Source: Laetmonice hystrix (Eukaryota). From it: a stretch of 64,000 bases of DNA. Both the position numbers and the translations under genes were made by a program. Below are positions 15,001 through 30,000 of the stretch, piece after piece (within the stretch, counting starts at the first letter, position 1; each line of letters starts with the position of its first letter). Under the pieces are notes generated by a model. The model was not told the DNA's origin and searched no databases. It saw only the letters and a list, made by a program, of their open reading frames with translations. The stretch spans positions 8,310,001 through 8,374,000 of the forward strand of contig OZ249436.1 of the NCBI GenBank assembly GCA_965235115.1, in the 5' to 3' direction.

Positions 15001-18000
15001 AGCCGGAAGATGGCAGTGCAGTCGCCGCTTTCGCCGCCGCTTCAGTAGAGCTGCGCTGCACCCTGGTGTTTCTTGCCTGCAAGATCCCTGTACTCTTTCT
15101 TTGTTTGTTTCTTACTTGAGGATGGGATATCTGATATAGAAAAGGCGTACAACGTCATTTGCCATTGTTAACTAAGCCTTTACGGCAAACAGTCATTGGG
15201 ACGACCTGACGACGTTGTCGCACGCTTACAGATGGTCCGTAGGGAACACAGATTAGATGGGAGTAGATGATAGACGAAACGTATGGCCTGCCTCCTGGAC
15301 AATAAAGGCATGGAAACATGAAACATGAGGCGTCCCTATATTACTGGCTACTGTTGTATTCAAGCAAACGGTACAGGGAGGACAAACAGTACAGTGAGGA
15401 ATCGCTACAAGGTACTGGCTGGCCTAGCACCCAAGCGAACACTACAGTGACGGCACTACAGTCAGGCCAAACAGTACACTGTGAGGCCAAGCAGTGTGGG
15501 CGGCCAACCAGTAGAGTGACAAGTCCCTACATCTTACCGACTGGCCTAGTAGCCATGCAAACACTACAGTGAGGTAGTGGAAATGAAAGGTACTGGCGAG
15601 GAGCATCTAATGTTAAAATCTGGAGAAGATACTCAAATGGGAAGTATACACATCAGAACCATATATAGGCTATCTGTAGCGAACGTACGACACCTATACG
15701 TTTGACAGTTATACATCTGGCCTAAGAACCATAACTTTAGGGGGCGTAGTTACAGTTTGACGTATCAGAAATGTAGCCATTTTTTCGCTTCTCATTGCTT
15801 TAACCTAAGAGCCACAGGTGCCCGCCAGCCCGGCCAGGTATACGTGGTGATTCCACCGGTAGCCGGAAGATGGCAGTGCAGTCGCCGCTTTCGCCGCCGC
15901 TTCAGTAGAGCTGCGCTGCACCCTGGTGTTTCTTGCCTGCAAGATCCCTGTACTCTTTCTTTGTTTGTTTCTTACTTGGGGATGGGATATCTGATATAGA
16001 AAAGGCGTACAACGTCATTTGCCATTGTTAACTAAGCCTTTACGGCAAACAGTCATTGGGACGACCTGACGACGTTGTCGCACGCTTACAGATGGTCTGT
16101 AGGGGACACAGATTAGATGGGAGTAGATGCTAGACGAAACGTATGGCCTGCCTCCTGGACAATAAAGGCATGGAAACATGAAACATGAGGCGTCCCTATA
16201 TTACTGGCCACTGTTGTATTCAACCAAACGGTACAGTAAGGACAAACAGTACAGTGAGGAATCGCTACAAGGTACTGGCTGGCCTAGCACCCAAGCAAAC
16301 TAAAATGAGGCCAAAGAGTACAGTCAGGCCAAACAGTACACTGTGAGGCCAAGCAGTGTGGGCGGCCAACCAGTAGAGTGACAAATCCCAACATCTTACC
16401 GACTGGCCTAGTAGCCATGGAAACACTACAGTGAGGTAGTGGAAATGAAAGGTACAGGCGAGGAGCATCTAATGTTAAAATCTGGAGAAGATCCTCAAAT
16501 GGGAGGTATACACATCACAACCATATATCTGTAGCGAACGTACGAGACCTATACGTTTGACAGTTATACATCTGGCCTAAGAATCATAACTTTAGGGGGC
16601 GTAGTTACAATTTGACGTATCAGAAATGTAGCCATCTTTCGCTTCTCATTGCTTTAACCTAAGAGCCACAGGTGCCCGCCAGCCCGGCCAGGTATACGTG
16701 GTGATTCCATCGGTAGCCGGAAGATGGCAGTGCAGTCGCCGCTTTCGCCGCCGCTTCAGTAGAGCTGCGCTGCACCCTGGTGTTTCTTGCCTGCAAGATC
16801 TCTGTACTCTTTCTTTGTTTGTTTCTTACTTGAGGATGGGATATCTGATATAGAAAAGGCGTACAACGTCATTTGCCATTGTTAACTAAGCCTTTACGGC
16901 AAACAGTCATTGGCACGAACTGACAACGTTGTCGCACGCTTACAGATGGTCTGTAGGGGACACAGATTAGATGGGAGTAGATGCTAGACGAAACATATGG
17001 CCTGCCTCCTGGACAATAAAGGCATGGAAACATGAAACATGAGGCGTCCCTATATTACTGGCTACTGTTGTATTCAAGCAAACGGTATAGGGAGGACAAA
17101 CAGTACAGTGAGGAATCGCTACAAGGTACTGGCTGGCCTAGCACCCAAGCGAACACTACAGTGAGGCCAAAGAGTACAGTCAGGCCAAACAGCCAAGCAG
17201 TGTGGGCGGCCAACCAGTAGAGTGACAAGTCCCTACATCTTACCGACTGGTCTAGTAGCCATGCAAACACTACAGTGAGGTAGTGGAAATGAAAGGTACA
17301 GGCGAGGAGCATCTAATGTTACAATCTGGAGAAGATACTCTATCAATGGGAAGTATACACATCACAACCATATATCTGTAGCGAACGTACGAGACCTATA
17401 CGTTTTACAGTTATACATCTGGCCTAAGAACCATAACTTTAGGGGGCGTAGTTACAATTTGACGTATCAGAAATGTAGCCATTTTTCGCTTCTCACTAAG
17501 AGCCACAGGTGCCCGCCAGCCCGGCCAGGTATACGTGGTGATTCCATCGGTAGCCGGAAGATGGCAGTGCAGTCGCCGCTTTCGCCGCCGCTTCAGTAGA
17601 GCTGCGCTGCACCCTGGTGTTTCTTGCCTGCAAGATCTCTGTACTCTTTCTTTGTTTGTTTCTTACTTGAGGATGGGATATCTGATATAGAAAAGGCGTA
17701 CAACGTCATTTGCCATTGTTAACTAAGCCTTTACGGCAAACAGTCATTGGCACGAACTGACAACGTTGTCGCACGCTTACAGATGGTCTGTAGGGGACAC
17801 AGATTAGATGGGAGTAGATGCTAGACGAAACGTATGGCCTGCCTCCTGGACAATAAAGGCATGGAAACATGAAACATGAGGCGTCCCTATATTACTGGCT
17901 ACTGTTGTATTCAAGCAAACGGTACAGGAAGGACAAACAGTACAGTGAGGAATCGCTACAAGGTACTGGCTGGCCTAGCACCCAAGCGAACACTACAGTG

Positions 18001-21000
18001 AGGCCAAAGAGTACAGTCAGGCCAAACAGCCAAGCAGTGTGGGCGGCCAACCAGTAGAGTGACAAGTCCCTACATCTTACCGACTGGCCTAGTAGCCATG
18101 CAAACACTACAGTGAGGTAGTGGAAATGAAAGCTACAGGCGAGGACCATCTAATGTTAAAATCTGGAGAAGATACTCCAATAGGAAGTATACACATCACA
18201 ACCATATATCTGTAGCGACCGTACGAGACCTATACGTTTGACAGTTATACATCTGGCCTAAGAATCATAACTTTAGGGGGCGTAGTTACAATTTGACGTA
18301 TCAGAAATGTAGGCATTTTTCGCTTCTCATTGCTTTAACCTAAGAGCCACAGGTGCCCGCCAGCCCGGCCAGGTATACGTGGTGATTCCACCGGTAGCCG
18401 GAAGATGGCAGTGCAGTCGCCGCTTTCGCCGCCGCTTCAGTAGAGCTGCGCTGCACCCTGGTGTTTATTGTCTGCAAGATCTCTGTACTCTTTGTTTGTT
18501 TGTTTCTTACTTGGGGATGGGATATCTGATATAGAAAAGGCGTACAACGTCATTTGCCATTGTTAACTAAGCCTTTACGGCAAACAATCATTGGGACGAC
18601 CTGACAACGTTGTCTCACGCTTACGGATGGTCTGTAGGGGACACAGATTAGATAGGAGTAGATGCTAGACGAAACGTATGGCCTGCCTCCTGGACAATAA
18701 AGGCATGGAAACATGAAACATGAGGCGTCCCTATATTTCTGGCTACTGTTGTATTCAAGCAAACGGTACCGGGAGGACAAACAGTACAGTGAGGAATCGC
18801 TACAAGGTACTGGCTGGCCTAGCACCCAAGCGAACACTACAGTCAGGCCACTACAGTCAGGCCAAACAGTACACTGTGAGGCCAAGCAGTGTGGGCGGCC
18901 AACCAGTAGAGTGACAAGTCCCTACATCTTACCGACTGGCCTAGTAGCCATGCAAACACTACAGTGAGGTAGTGGAAATGAAAGGTACTGGCGAGGAGCA
19001 TCTAATGTTAAAATCTGGAGAAGATACTCAAATGGGAAGTATACACATCAGAACCATATATAGGCTATCTGTAGCGAACGTACGACACCTATACGTTTGA
19101 CAGTTATACATCTGGCCTAAGAACCATAACTTTAGGGGGCGTAGTTACAGTTTGACGTATCAGAAATGTAGCCATTTTTTCGCTTCTCATTGCTTTAACC
19201 TAAGAGCCACAGGTGCCCGCCAGCCCGGCCAGGTATACGTGGTGATTCCACCGGTAGCCGGAAGATGGCAGTGCAGTCGCCGCTTTCGCCGCCGCTTCAG
19301 TAGAGCTGCGCTGCACCCTGGTGTTTCTTGCCTGCAAGATCCCTGTACTCTTTCTTTGTTTGTTTCTTACTTGGGGATGGGATATCTGATATAGAAAAGG
19401 CGTACAACGTCATTTGCCATTGTTAACTAAGCCTTTACGGCAAACAGTCATTGGGACGACCTGACGACGTTGTCGCACGCTTACAGATGGTCTGTAGGGG
19501 ACACAGATTAGATGGGAGTAGATGCTAGACGAAACGTATGGCCTGCCTCCTGGACAATAAAGGCATGGAAACATGAAACATGAGGCGTCCCTATATTACT
19601 GGCCACTGTTGTATTCAACCAAACGGTACAGTAAGGACAAACAGTACAGTGAGGAATCGCTACAAGGTACTGGCTGGCCTAGCACCCAAGCAAACTAAAA
19701 TGAGGCCAAAGAGTACAGTCAGGCCAAACAGTACACTGTGAGGCCAAGCAGTGTGGGCGGCCAACCAGTAGAGTGACAAATCCCAACATCTTACCGACTG
19801 GCCTAGTAGCCATGGAAACACTACAGTGAGGTAGTGGAAATGAAAGGTACAGGCGAGGAGCATCTAATGTTAAAATCTGGAGAAGATCCTCAAATGGGAG
19901 GTATACACATCACAACCATATATCTGTAGCGAACGTACGAGACCTATACGTTTGACAGTTATACATCTGGCCTAAGAATCATAACTTTAGGGGGCGTAGT
20001 TACAATTTGACGTATCAGAAATGTAGCCATCTTTCGCTTCTCATTGCTTTAACCTAAGAGCCACAGGTGCCCGCCAGCCCGGCCAGGTATACGTGGTGAT
20101 TCCATCGGTAGCCGGAAGATGGCAGTGCAGTCGCCGCTTTCGCCGCCGCTTCAGTAGAGCTGCGCTGCACCCTGGTGTTTCTTGCCTGCAAGATCTCTGT
20201 ACTCTTTCTTTGTTTGTTTCTTACTTGAGGATGGGATATCTGATATAGAAAAGGCGTACAACGTCATTTGCCATTGTTAACTAAGCCTTTACGGCAAACA
20301 GTCATTGGCACGAACTGACAACGTTGTCGCACGCTTACAGATGGTCTGTAGGGGACACAGATTAGATGGGAGTAGATGCTAGACGAAACATATGGCCTGC
20401 CTCCTGGACAATAAAGGCATGGAAACATGAAACATGAGGCGTCCCTATATTACTGGCTACTGTTGTATTCAAGCAAACGGTATAGGGAGGACAAACAGTA
20501 CAGTGAGGAATCGCTACAAGGTACTGGCTGGCCTAGCACCCAAGCGAACACTACAGTGAGGCCAAAGAGTACAGTCAGGCCAAACAGCCAAGCAGTGTGG
20601 GCGGCCAACCAGTAGAGTGACAAGTCCCTACATCTTACCGACTGGTCTAGTAGCCATGCAAACACTACAGTGAGGTAGTGGAAATGAAAGGTACAGGCGA
20701 GGAGCATCTAATGTTACAATCTGGAGAAGATACTCTATCAATGGGAAGTATACACATCACAACCATATATCTGTAGCGAACGTACGAGACCTATACGTTT
20801 TACAGTTATACATCTGGCCTAAGAACCATAACTTTAGGGGGCGTAGTTACAATTTGACGTATCAGAAATGTAGCCATTTTTCGCTTCTCACTAAGAGCCA
20901 CAGGTGCCCGCCAGCCCGGCCAGGTATACGTGGTGATTCCATCGGTAGCCGGAAGATGGCAGTGCAGTCGCCGCTTTCGCCGCCGCTTCAGTAGAGCTGC

Positions 21001-24000
21001 GCTGCACCCTGGTGTTTCTTGCCTGCAAGATCTCTGTACTCTTTCTTTGTTTGTTTCTTACTTGAGGATGGGATATCTGATATAGAAAAGGCGTACAACG
21101 TCATTTGCCATTGTTAACTAAGCCTTTACGGCAAACAGTCATTGGCACGAACTGACAACGTTGTCGCACGCTTACAGATGGTCTGTAGGGGACACAGATT
21201 AGATGGGAGTAGATGCTAGACGAAACGTATGGCCTGCCTCCTGGACAATAAAGGCATGGAAACATGAAACATGAGGCGTCCCTATATTACTGGCTACTGT
21301 TGTATTCAAGCAAACGGTACAGGAAGGACAAACAGTACAGTGAGGAATCGCTACAAGGTACTGGCTGGCCTAGCACCCAAGCGAACACTACAGTGAGGCC
21401 AAAGAGTACAGTCAGGCCAAACAGCCAAGCAGTGTGGGCGGCCAACCAGTAGAGTGACAAGTCCCTACATCTTACCGACTGGCCTAGTAGCCATGCAAAC
21501 ACTACAGTGAGGTAGTGGAAATGAAAGCTACAGGCGAGGACCATCTAATGTTAAAATCTGGAGAAGATACTCCAATAGGAAGTATACACATCACAACCAT
21601 ATATCTGTAGCGACCGTACGAGACCTATACGTTTGACAGTTATACATCTGGCCTAAGAATCATAACTTTAGGGGGCGTAGTTACAATTTGACGTATCAGA
21701 AATGTAGGCATTTTTCGCTTCTCATTGCTTTAACCTAAGAGCCACAGGTGCCCGCCAGCCCGGCCAGGTATACGTGGTGATTCCACCGGTAGCCGGAAGA
21801 TGGCAGTGCAGTCGCCGCTTTCGCCGCCGCTTCAGTAGAGCTGCGCTGCACCCTGGTGTTTATTGTCTGCAAGATCTCTGTACTCTTTGTTTGTTTGTTT
21901 CTTACTTGGGGATGGGATATCTGATATAGAAAAGGCGTACAACGTCATTTGCCATTGTTAACTAAGCCTTTACGGCAAACAATCATTGGGACGACCTGAC
22001 AACGTTGTCTCACGCTTACGGATGGTCTGTAGGGGACACAGATTAGATAGGAGTAGATGCTAGACGAAACGTATGGCCTGCCTCCTGGACAATAAAGGCA
22101 TGGAAACATGAAACATGAGGCGTCCCTATATTTCTGGCTACTGTTGTATTCAAGCAAACGGTACCGGGAGGACAAACAGTACAGTGAGGAATCGCTACAA
22201 GGTACTGGCTGGCCTAGCACCCAAGCGAACACTACAGTCAGGCCACTACAGTCAGGCCAAACAGTACACTGTGAGGCCAAGCAGTGTGGGCGGCCAACCA
22301 GTAGAGTGACAAGTCCCTACATCTTACCGACTGGCCTAGTAGCCATGCAAACACTACAGTGAGGTAGTGGAAATGAAAGGTACTGGCGAGGAGCATCTAA
22401 TGTTAAAATCTGGAGAAGATACTCAAATGGGAAGTATACACATCAGAACCATATATATCTGTAGCGAACGTACGACACCTATACGTTTGACAGTTATACA
22501 TCTGGCCTAAGAACCATAACTTTAGGGGGCGTAGTTACAGTTTGACGTATCAGAAATGTAGCCATTTTTTCGCTTCTCATTGCTTTAACCTAAGAGCCAC
22601 AGGTGCCCGCCAGCCCGGCCAGGTATACGTGGTGATTCCACCGGTAGCCGGAAGATGGCAGTGCAGTCGCCGCTTTCGCCGCCGCTTCAGTAGAGCTGCG
22701 CTGCACCCTGGTGTTTCTTGCCTGCAAGATCCCTAGGTGTACTCTTTCTTTGTTTGTTTCTTACTTGGGGATGGGATATCTGATATAGAAAAGGCGTACA
22801 ACGTCATTTGCCATTGTTAACTAAGCCTTTACGGCAAACAGTCATTGGGACGACCTGACGACGTTGTCGCACGCTTACAGATGGTCTGTAGGGGACACAG
22901 ATTAGATGGGAGTAGATGCTAGACGAAACGTATGGCCTGCCTCCTGGACCATAAGGGCATGGAAACATGAAACATGAGGCGTCCCGATATTACTGGCTAC
23001 TGTTGTATTCAAGCAAACGGTACAGGGAGGACAAACAGTACAGTGAGGAATCGCTACAAGGTACTGGCTGGCCTAGCACCCAAGCGAACACTACAGTGAG
23101 GGCACTACAGTCAGGCCAAACAGTACACTGTGAGGCCAAGCAGTGTGGGCGGCCAACTAGTAGAGTGACAAATCCCTGCATCTTACCGACTGCCCTAGTA
23201 GCCATGCAAAGATTACAGTGAGGTAGTGGAAATGAAAGGTACAGGCGACGACCATCTAATGTTAAAATCTGGAGAAGATACTCTATCAATGGGAAGTATA
23301 CACATCACAACCATATATCTGTAGCGAACGTACGAGACCTATACGTTTGACAGTTATACATCTGGCCTAAGAATCATAACTTTAGGGGGCGTAGTTACAA
23401 TTTGACGTATCAGAAATGTAGCCATTTTTCGCTTCTCATTGCTTTAACTTAAGAGCCACAGGTGCCCGCCAGCCCGGCCAGGTATACGTGGTGATTCCAT
23501 CGGTAGCCGGAAGATGGCAGTGCAGTCGCCGCTTTCGCCGCCGCTTCAGTAGAGCTGCGCTGCACCCTGGTGTTTCTTGCCTGCAAGATCTCTGTACTCT
23601 TTCTTTGTTTGTTTCTTACTTGAGGATGGGATATCTGATATAGAAAAGGCGTACAACGTCATTTGCCATTGTTAACTAAGCCTTTACGGCAAACAGTCAT
23701 TGGCACGAACTGACAACGTTGTCGCACGCTTACAGATGGTCTGTAGGGGACACAGATTAGATGGGAGTAGATGCTAGACGAAACGTATGGCCTGCCTCCT
23801 GGACAATAAAGGCATGGAAACATGAAACATGAGGCGTCCCTATATTACTGGCTACTGTTGTATTCAAGCAAACGGTACAGGAAGGACAAACAGTACAGTG
23901 AGGAATCGCTACAAGGTACTGGCTGGCCTAGCACCCAAGCGAACACTACAGTGAGGCCAAAGAGTACAGTCAGGCCAAACAGCCAAGCAGTGTGGGCGGC

Positions 24001-27000
24001 CAACCAGTAGAGTGACAAGTCCCTACATCTTACCGACTGGCCTAGTAGCCATGCAAACACTACAGTGAGGTAGTGGAAATGAAAGCTACAGGCGAGGACC
24101 ATCTAATGTTAAAATCTGGAGAAGATACTCCAATAGGAAGTATACACATCACAACCATATATCTGTAGCGACCGTACGAGACCTATACGTTTGACAGTTA
24201 TACATCTGGCCTAAGAATCATAACTTTAGGGGGCGTAGTTACAATTTGACGTATCAGAAATGTAGCCATTTTTCGCTTCTCATTGCTTTAACCTAAGAGC
24301 CACAGGTGCCCGCCAGCCCGGCCAGGTATACGTGGTGATTCCACCGGTAGCCGGAAGATGGCAGTGCAGTCGCCGCTTTCACCGCCGCTTCAGTAGAGCT
24401 GCGCTGCACCCTGGTGTTTATTGTCTGCAAGATCTCTGTACTCTTTGTTTGTTTGTTTCTTACTTGGGGATGGGATATCTGATATAGAAAAGGCGCACAA
24501 CGTCATTTACCATTGTTAACTAAGCCTTTACGGCAAACAATCATTGGGACGACCTGACAACGTTGTCTCACGCTTACGGATGGTCTGTAGGGGACACAGA
24601 TTAGATAGGAGTATATGCTAGACGAAACGTATGGCCTGCCTCCTGGACAATAAAGGCATGGAAACATGAAACATGAGGCGTCCCTATATTACTGGCTACT
24701 GTTGTATTCAAGCAAACGGTACCGGGAGGACAAACAGTACAGTGAGGAATCGCTACAAGGTACTGGCTGGCCTAGCACCCAAGCGAACACTACAGTCAGG
24801 CCACGACAGTCAGGCCAAACAGTACACTGTGAGGCCAAGCAGTGTGGGCGGCCAACCAGTAGAGTGACAAATCCCTACATCTTACCGACTGGCCTAGTAG
24901 CCATGCAAACACTACAGTGAGGTAGTGGAAATGAAAGGTACTGGCGAGGAGCATCTAATGTTAAAATCTGGAGAAGATACTCAAATGGGAAGTATACACA
25001 TCAGAACCATATATATCTGTAGCGAACGTACGACACCTATACGTTTGACAGTTATACATCTGGCCTAAGAACCATAACTTTAGGGGGCGTAGTTACAGTT
25101 TGACGTATCAGAAATGTAGCCATTTTTTCGCTTCTCATTGCTTTAACCTAAGAGCCACAGGTGCCCGCCAGCCCGGCCAGGTATACGTGGTGATTCCACC
25201 GGTAGCCGGAAGATGGCAGTGCAGTCGCCGCTTTCGCCGCCGCTTCAGTAGAGCTGCGCTGCACCCTGGTGTTTCTTGCCTGCAAGATCCCTGTACTCTT
25301 TCTTTGTTTGTTTCTTACTTGGGGATGGGATATCTGATATAGAAAAGGCGTACAACGTCATTTGCCATTGTTAACTAAGCCTTTACGGCAAACAGTCATT
25401 GGGACGACCTGACAACGTTGTCGCACGCTTACAGATGGTCTGTAGGGGACACAGATTAGATGGGAGTAGATGCTAGACGAAACGTATGGCCTGCCTCCTG
25501 GACAATAAAGGCATGGAAACATGAAACATGAGGCGTCCCTATATTACTGGCTACTGTTGTATTCAAGCAAACGGTACAGGGAGGACAAACAGTACAGTAA
25601 GGAATCGCTACAAGGTACTGGCTGGCCTAGCACCCAAGCGAACACTACAGTGAGGCCAAAGAGTACAGTCAGGCCAAACAGCCAAGCAGTGTGGGCGGCC
25701 AACCAGTAGAGTGACAAGTCCCTACATCTTACCGACTGGCCTAGTAGCCGTGCAAACACTACAGTGAGGTAGTGGAAATGAAAGGTACAGGCGAGGACCA
25801 TCTAATGTTAAAATCTGGAGAAGATACTCCAATGGGAAGTATACACATCACAACCATATCTGGAGCGAACGTACGAGACCTATACGTTTGACAATTATAC
25901 ATAATGCCTAATAATCATAACTTCATGGGGTGTAGTTTCAATTTGACGTATCAGAAATGTAGCCAATTTTTGCTTCTCATTGCTTTAACCTAAGAGCCAC
26001 AGGTGCCCGCCAACCCGGCCAGGTATACGTGGTGATTCCACCGCTAGCCGGAAGATGGCAGTGCAGTCGCCGCCTTCGCCGCTGCGTCAGTAGAGCTGCA
26101 CCCTGGTGTTTCTTGCCTGCAACATCTCTGTACTCTTTCTTTGTTTGTTTCTTACTTGGGGATGGGATATCTGATATAGAAAAGGCGTACAACGTCATTT
26201 GTCATTGTTAACTAAACCTTTACGACAAACAGTCATTGGGACGACCTGACGACGTTGTCGCACGCTTACAGATGGTCTGTAGGGGACACAGATTAGATGG
26301 GAGTAGATGATAGACGAAACGTATGGCCTGCCTCATGGACAATAAAGGCATGGAAACATGAAACATGAGGCGTCCCTATATTACTGGCCACTGTTGTATT
26401 CAACCAAACGGTACAGTAAGGACAAACAGTACAGTGAGGAATCGCTACAAGGTACTGGCTGGCCTAGCACCCAAGCAAACTACAATGAGGCCAAAGAGTA
26501 CAGTCAGGCCAAGCAGTACACTGTCAGGCCAAGCAGTGTGCGCGGCCAACCAGTAGAGTGACAAGTCCCTACATCTTACCGACTGGCCTAGTAGCCATGC
26601 AAACACTACAGTGAGGTAGTGGAAATGAAAGGTACAGGCGAGGAGCATCTAATGTTAAAATCTGGAGAAGATCCTCAAATGGGAGGTATACACATCACAA
26701 TCATATATCTGTAACGAACGTACGAGACCTATAGGTTTGACAGTTATACATCTGGCCTAAGAATCATAACTTTAGGGGGCGTAGTTACAATTTGACGTAT
26801 CAGAAATGTAGCCATTTTTTTGCTTCTCATTGCTTTAACCTAAGAGCCACAGGTGCCCGCCAGCCCGGCCAGGTATACGTGGTGATTCCACCGGTAGCCG
26901 GAAGATGGCAGTGCAGTCGCCGCTTTCGCCGCCGCTTCAGTAGAGCTGCGCTGCACCCTGGTGTTTCTTGCCTGCAAGATCCCTGTACTCTTTCTTTGTT

Positions 27001-30000
27001 TGTTTCTTACTTGAGGATGGGATATCTGATATAGAAAAGGCGTACAACGTCATTTGCCATTGTTAACTAAGCCTTTACGGCAAACAGTCATTGGGACGAC
27101 CTGACGACGTTGTCGCACGCTTACAGATGGTCCGTAGGGAACACAGATTAGATGGGAGTAGATGATAGACGAAACGTATGGCCTGCCTCCTGGACAATAA
27201 AGGCATGGAAACATGAAACATGAGGCGTCCCTATATTACTGGCTACTGTTGTATTCAAGCAAACGGTATAGGGAGGACAAACAGTACAGTGAGGAATCGC
27301 TACAAGGTACTGGCTGGCCTAGCACCCAAGCGAACACTACAGTGACGGCACTACAGTCAGGCCAAACAGTACACTGTGAGGCCAAGCAGTGTGGGCGGCC
27401 AACCAGTAGAGTGACAAGTCCCTACATCTTACCGACTGGCCTAGTAGCCATGCAAACACTACAGTGAGGTAGTGGAAATGAAAGGTACTGGCGAGGAGCA
27501 TCTAATGTTAAAATCTGGAGAAGATACTCAAATGGGAAGTATACACATCAGAACCATATATAGGCTATCTGTAGCGAACGTACGACACCTATACGTTTGA
27601 CAGTTATACATCTGGCCTAAGAACCATAACTTTAGGGGGCGTAGTTACAGTTTGACGTATCAGAAATGTAGCCATTTTTTCGCTTCTCATTGCTTTAACC
27701 TAAGAGCCACAGGTGCCCGCCAGCCCGGCCAGGTATACGTGGTGATTCCACCGGTAGCCGGAAGATGGCAGTGCAGTCGCCGCCCCCGTGCCGCTTCAGT
27801 AGAGCTGCGCTGCACCCTGGTGTTTCTTGCCTGCAACATCTCTGTACTCTTTCTTTGTTTGTTTCTTACTTGAGGATGGGATATCTGATATAGAAAAGGC
27901 GTACAACGTCATTTGCCATTGTTAACTAAGCCTTTACGGCAAACAGTCATTGGGACGACCTGACGACGTTGTCGCACGCTTACAGATGGTCCGTAGGGGA
28001 CACAGATTAGATGGGAGTAGATGATAGACGAAACGTATGGCCTGCCTCATGGACAATAAAGGCATGGAAACATGAAACATGAGGCGTCCCTATATTACTG
28101 GCTACTGTTGTATTCAAGCAAACGGTACAGGGAGGACAAACAGTACAGTGAGGAATCGCTACAAGGTACTGGCTGGTCTAGCACCCAAGCGAACACTACA
28201 GTGTGGCCAAAGAGTACAGTCAGGCCAAACAGCCAAGCAGTGTGGGCGGCCAACCAGTAGAGTGACAAGTCCCTCCATCTTACCGACTAGTCCAGTAGCC
28301 ATGCAAACACTACAGTGAGGTAGTGGAAATGAAAGGTACAGGCGAGGACCATCAAATGTTAAAATCTGGAGAAGATACTCTATCAATGGGAAGTATACAC
28401 ATCACAACCATATATCTGTAGCGAACGTACGAGACCTATACGTTTGACAGTTATACATCTGGCCTAAGAATCATAACTTTGGAGGCCGTAGTTACAATTT
28501 GACGTCTCAGAAATGTAGTCATTTTTCGCTTCTCATTGCTTTAACCTAAGAGCCACAGGTGCCCGCCAGCCCGGCCAGGTATACGTGGTGATTCCACCGG
28601 TAGCCGGAAGATGGCAGTGCAGTCGCCGCTTTCGCCGCCGCTTCAGTAGAGCTGCGCTGCACCCTGGTGTTTCTTGCCTGCAAGATCTCTGTACTCTTTC
28701 TTTGTTTGTTTCTTACTTGGGGATGGGATATCTGATATAGAAAAGGCGTACAACGTTATTTGCCATTGTTAACTAAGCCTTTACGGCAAACAATCATTGG
28801 GACGACCTTACAACGTTGTCTCACGCTTACAGATGGTCTGTAGGGGACACAGATTAGATTGGAGTAGATGATAGACGAAACGTAAGGCCTGCCTCCTGGA
28901 CAATAAAGGCATGGAAACATGAAACATGAGGCGTCCCTATATTACTGGCTACTGTTGTATTCAAGCAAACGGTACAGGGAGGACAAACCGTACAGTGAGG
29001 AATCGCTACAAGGTACTGGCTGGCCTAGCACCCAAGCGAACACTACAGTGAGGCCAAAGAGTACAGTCAGGCCAAACAGCCAAGCAGTGTGGGCGGCCAA
29101 CCAGTAGAGTGACAAGTCCCTACAGCTTACCGACTGGTCTAGTAGCCATGCAAACACTACAGTGGGGTAGTGGAAATGAAAGGTACTGGCGAGGAGCATC
29201 TAATGTTAAAATCTGGAGAAGATACTCAAATGGGAAGTATACACATCACAACCATATATCTGTAGCGAACGTACGAGACCTATACGTTTGACAGTTATAC
29301 ATCTGGCCTAAGAATCATAACTTTAGGGGGCGTAGTTACAATTTGACGTATCAGAAATGTAGCCATTTTTTTGCTTCTCATTGCTTTAACCTAAGAGCCA
29401 CAGGTGCCCGCCAGCCCGGCCAGGTATACGTAGCCGGAAGATGGCAGTGCAGTCGCCGCTTTCGCCGCCGCTTCAGTAGAGCTGCGCTGCACCCTGGTGT
29501 TTCTTGCCTGCAAGATTCCTGTACTCTTTCTTTGTTTGTTTCTTACTTGGGGATGGGATATCTGATATAGAAAAGGCGTACAACGTCATTTGCCATTGTT
29601 AACTAAGCCTTTACGGCAAACAGTCATTGGGACGACCTGACGACGTTGTCGCACGCTTACAGATGGTCTGTAGGGGACACAGATTAGATGGGAGTAGATG
29701 CTAGACGAAACGTATGGCCTGCCTCCTGGACAATAAAGGCATGGAAACATGAAACATGAGGCGTCCCTATATTACTGGCTACTGTTGTATTCAAGCAAAC
29801 GGTACAGGGAGGACAAACAGTACAGTGAGGAATCGCTACAAAGTACTGGCTGGCCTAGCACCCAAGCGAACACTACAGTGAGGCCAAAGAGTACAGTCAG
29901 GCCAAAAAGTACACTGTGAGGCCGAGCAGTGTGGGCGGCCAACCAGTAGAGTGACAAGTCCCTCCATCTTACCGACTGGTCTAGTAGCCATGCAAACACT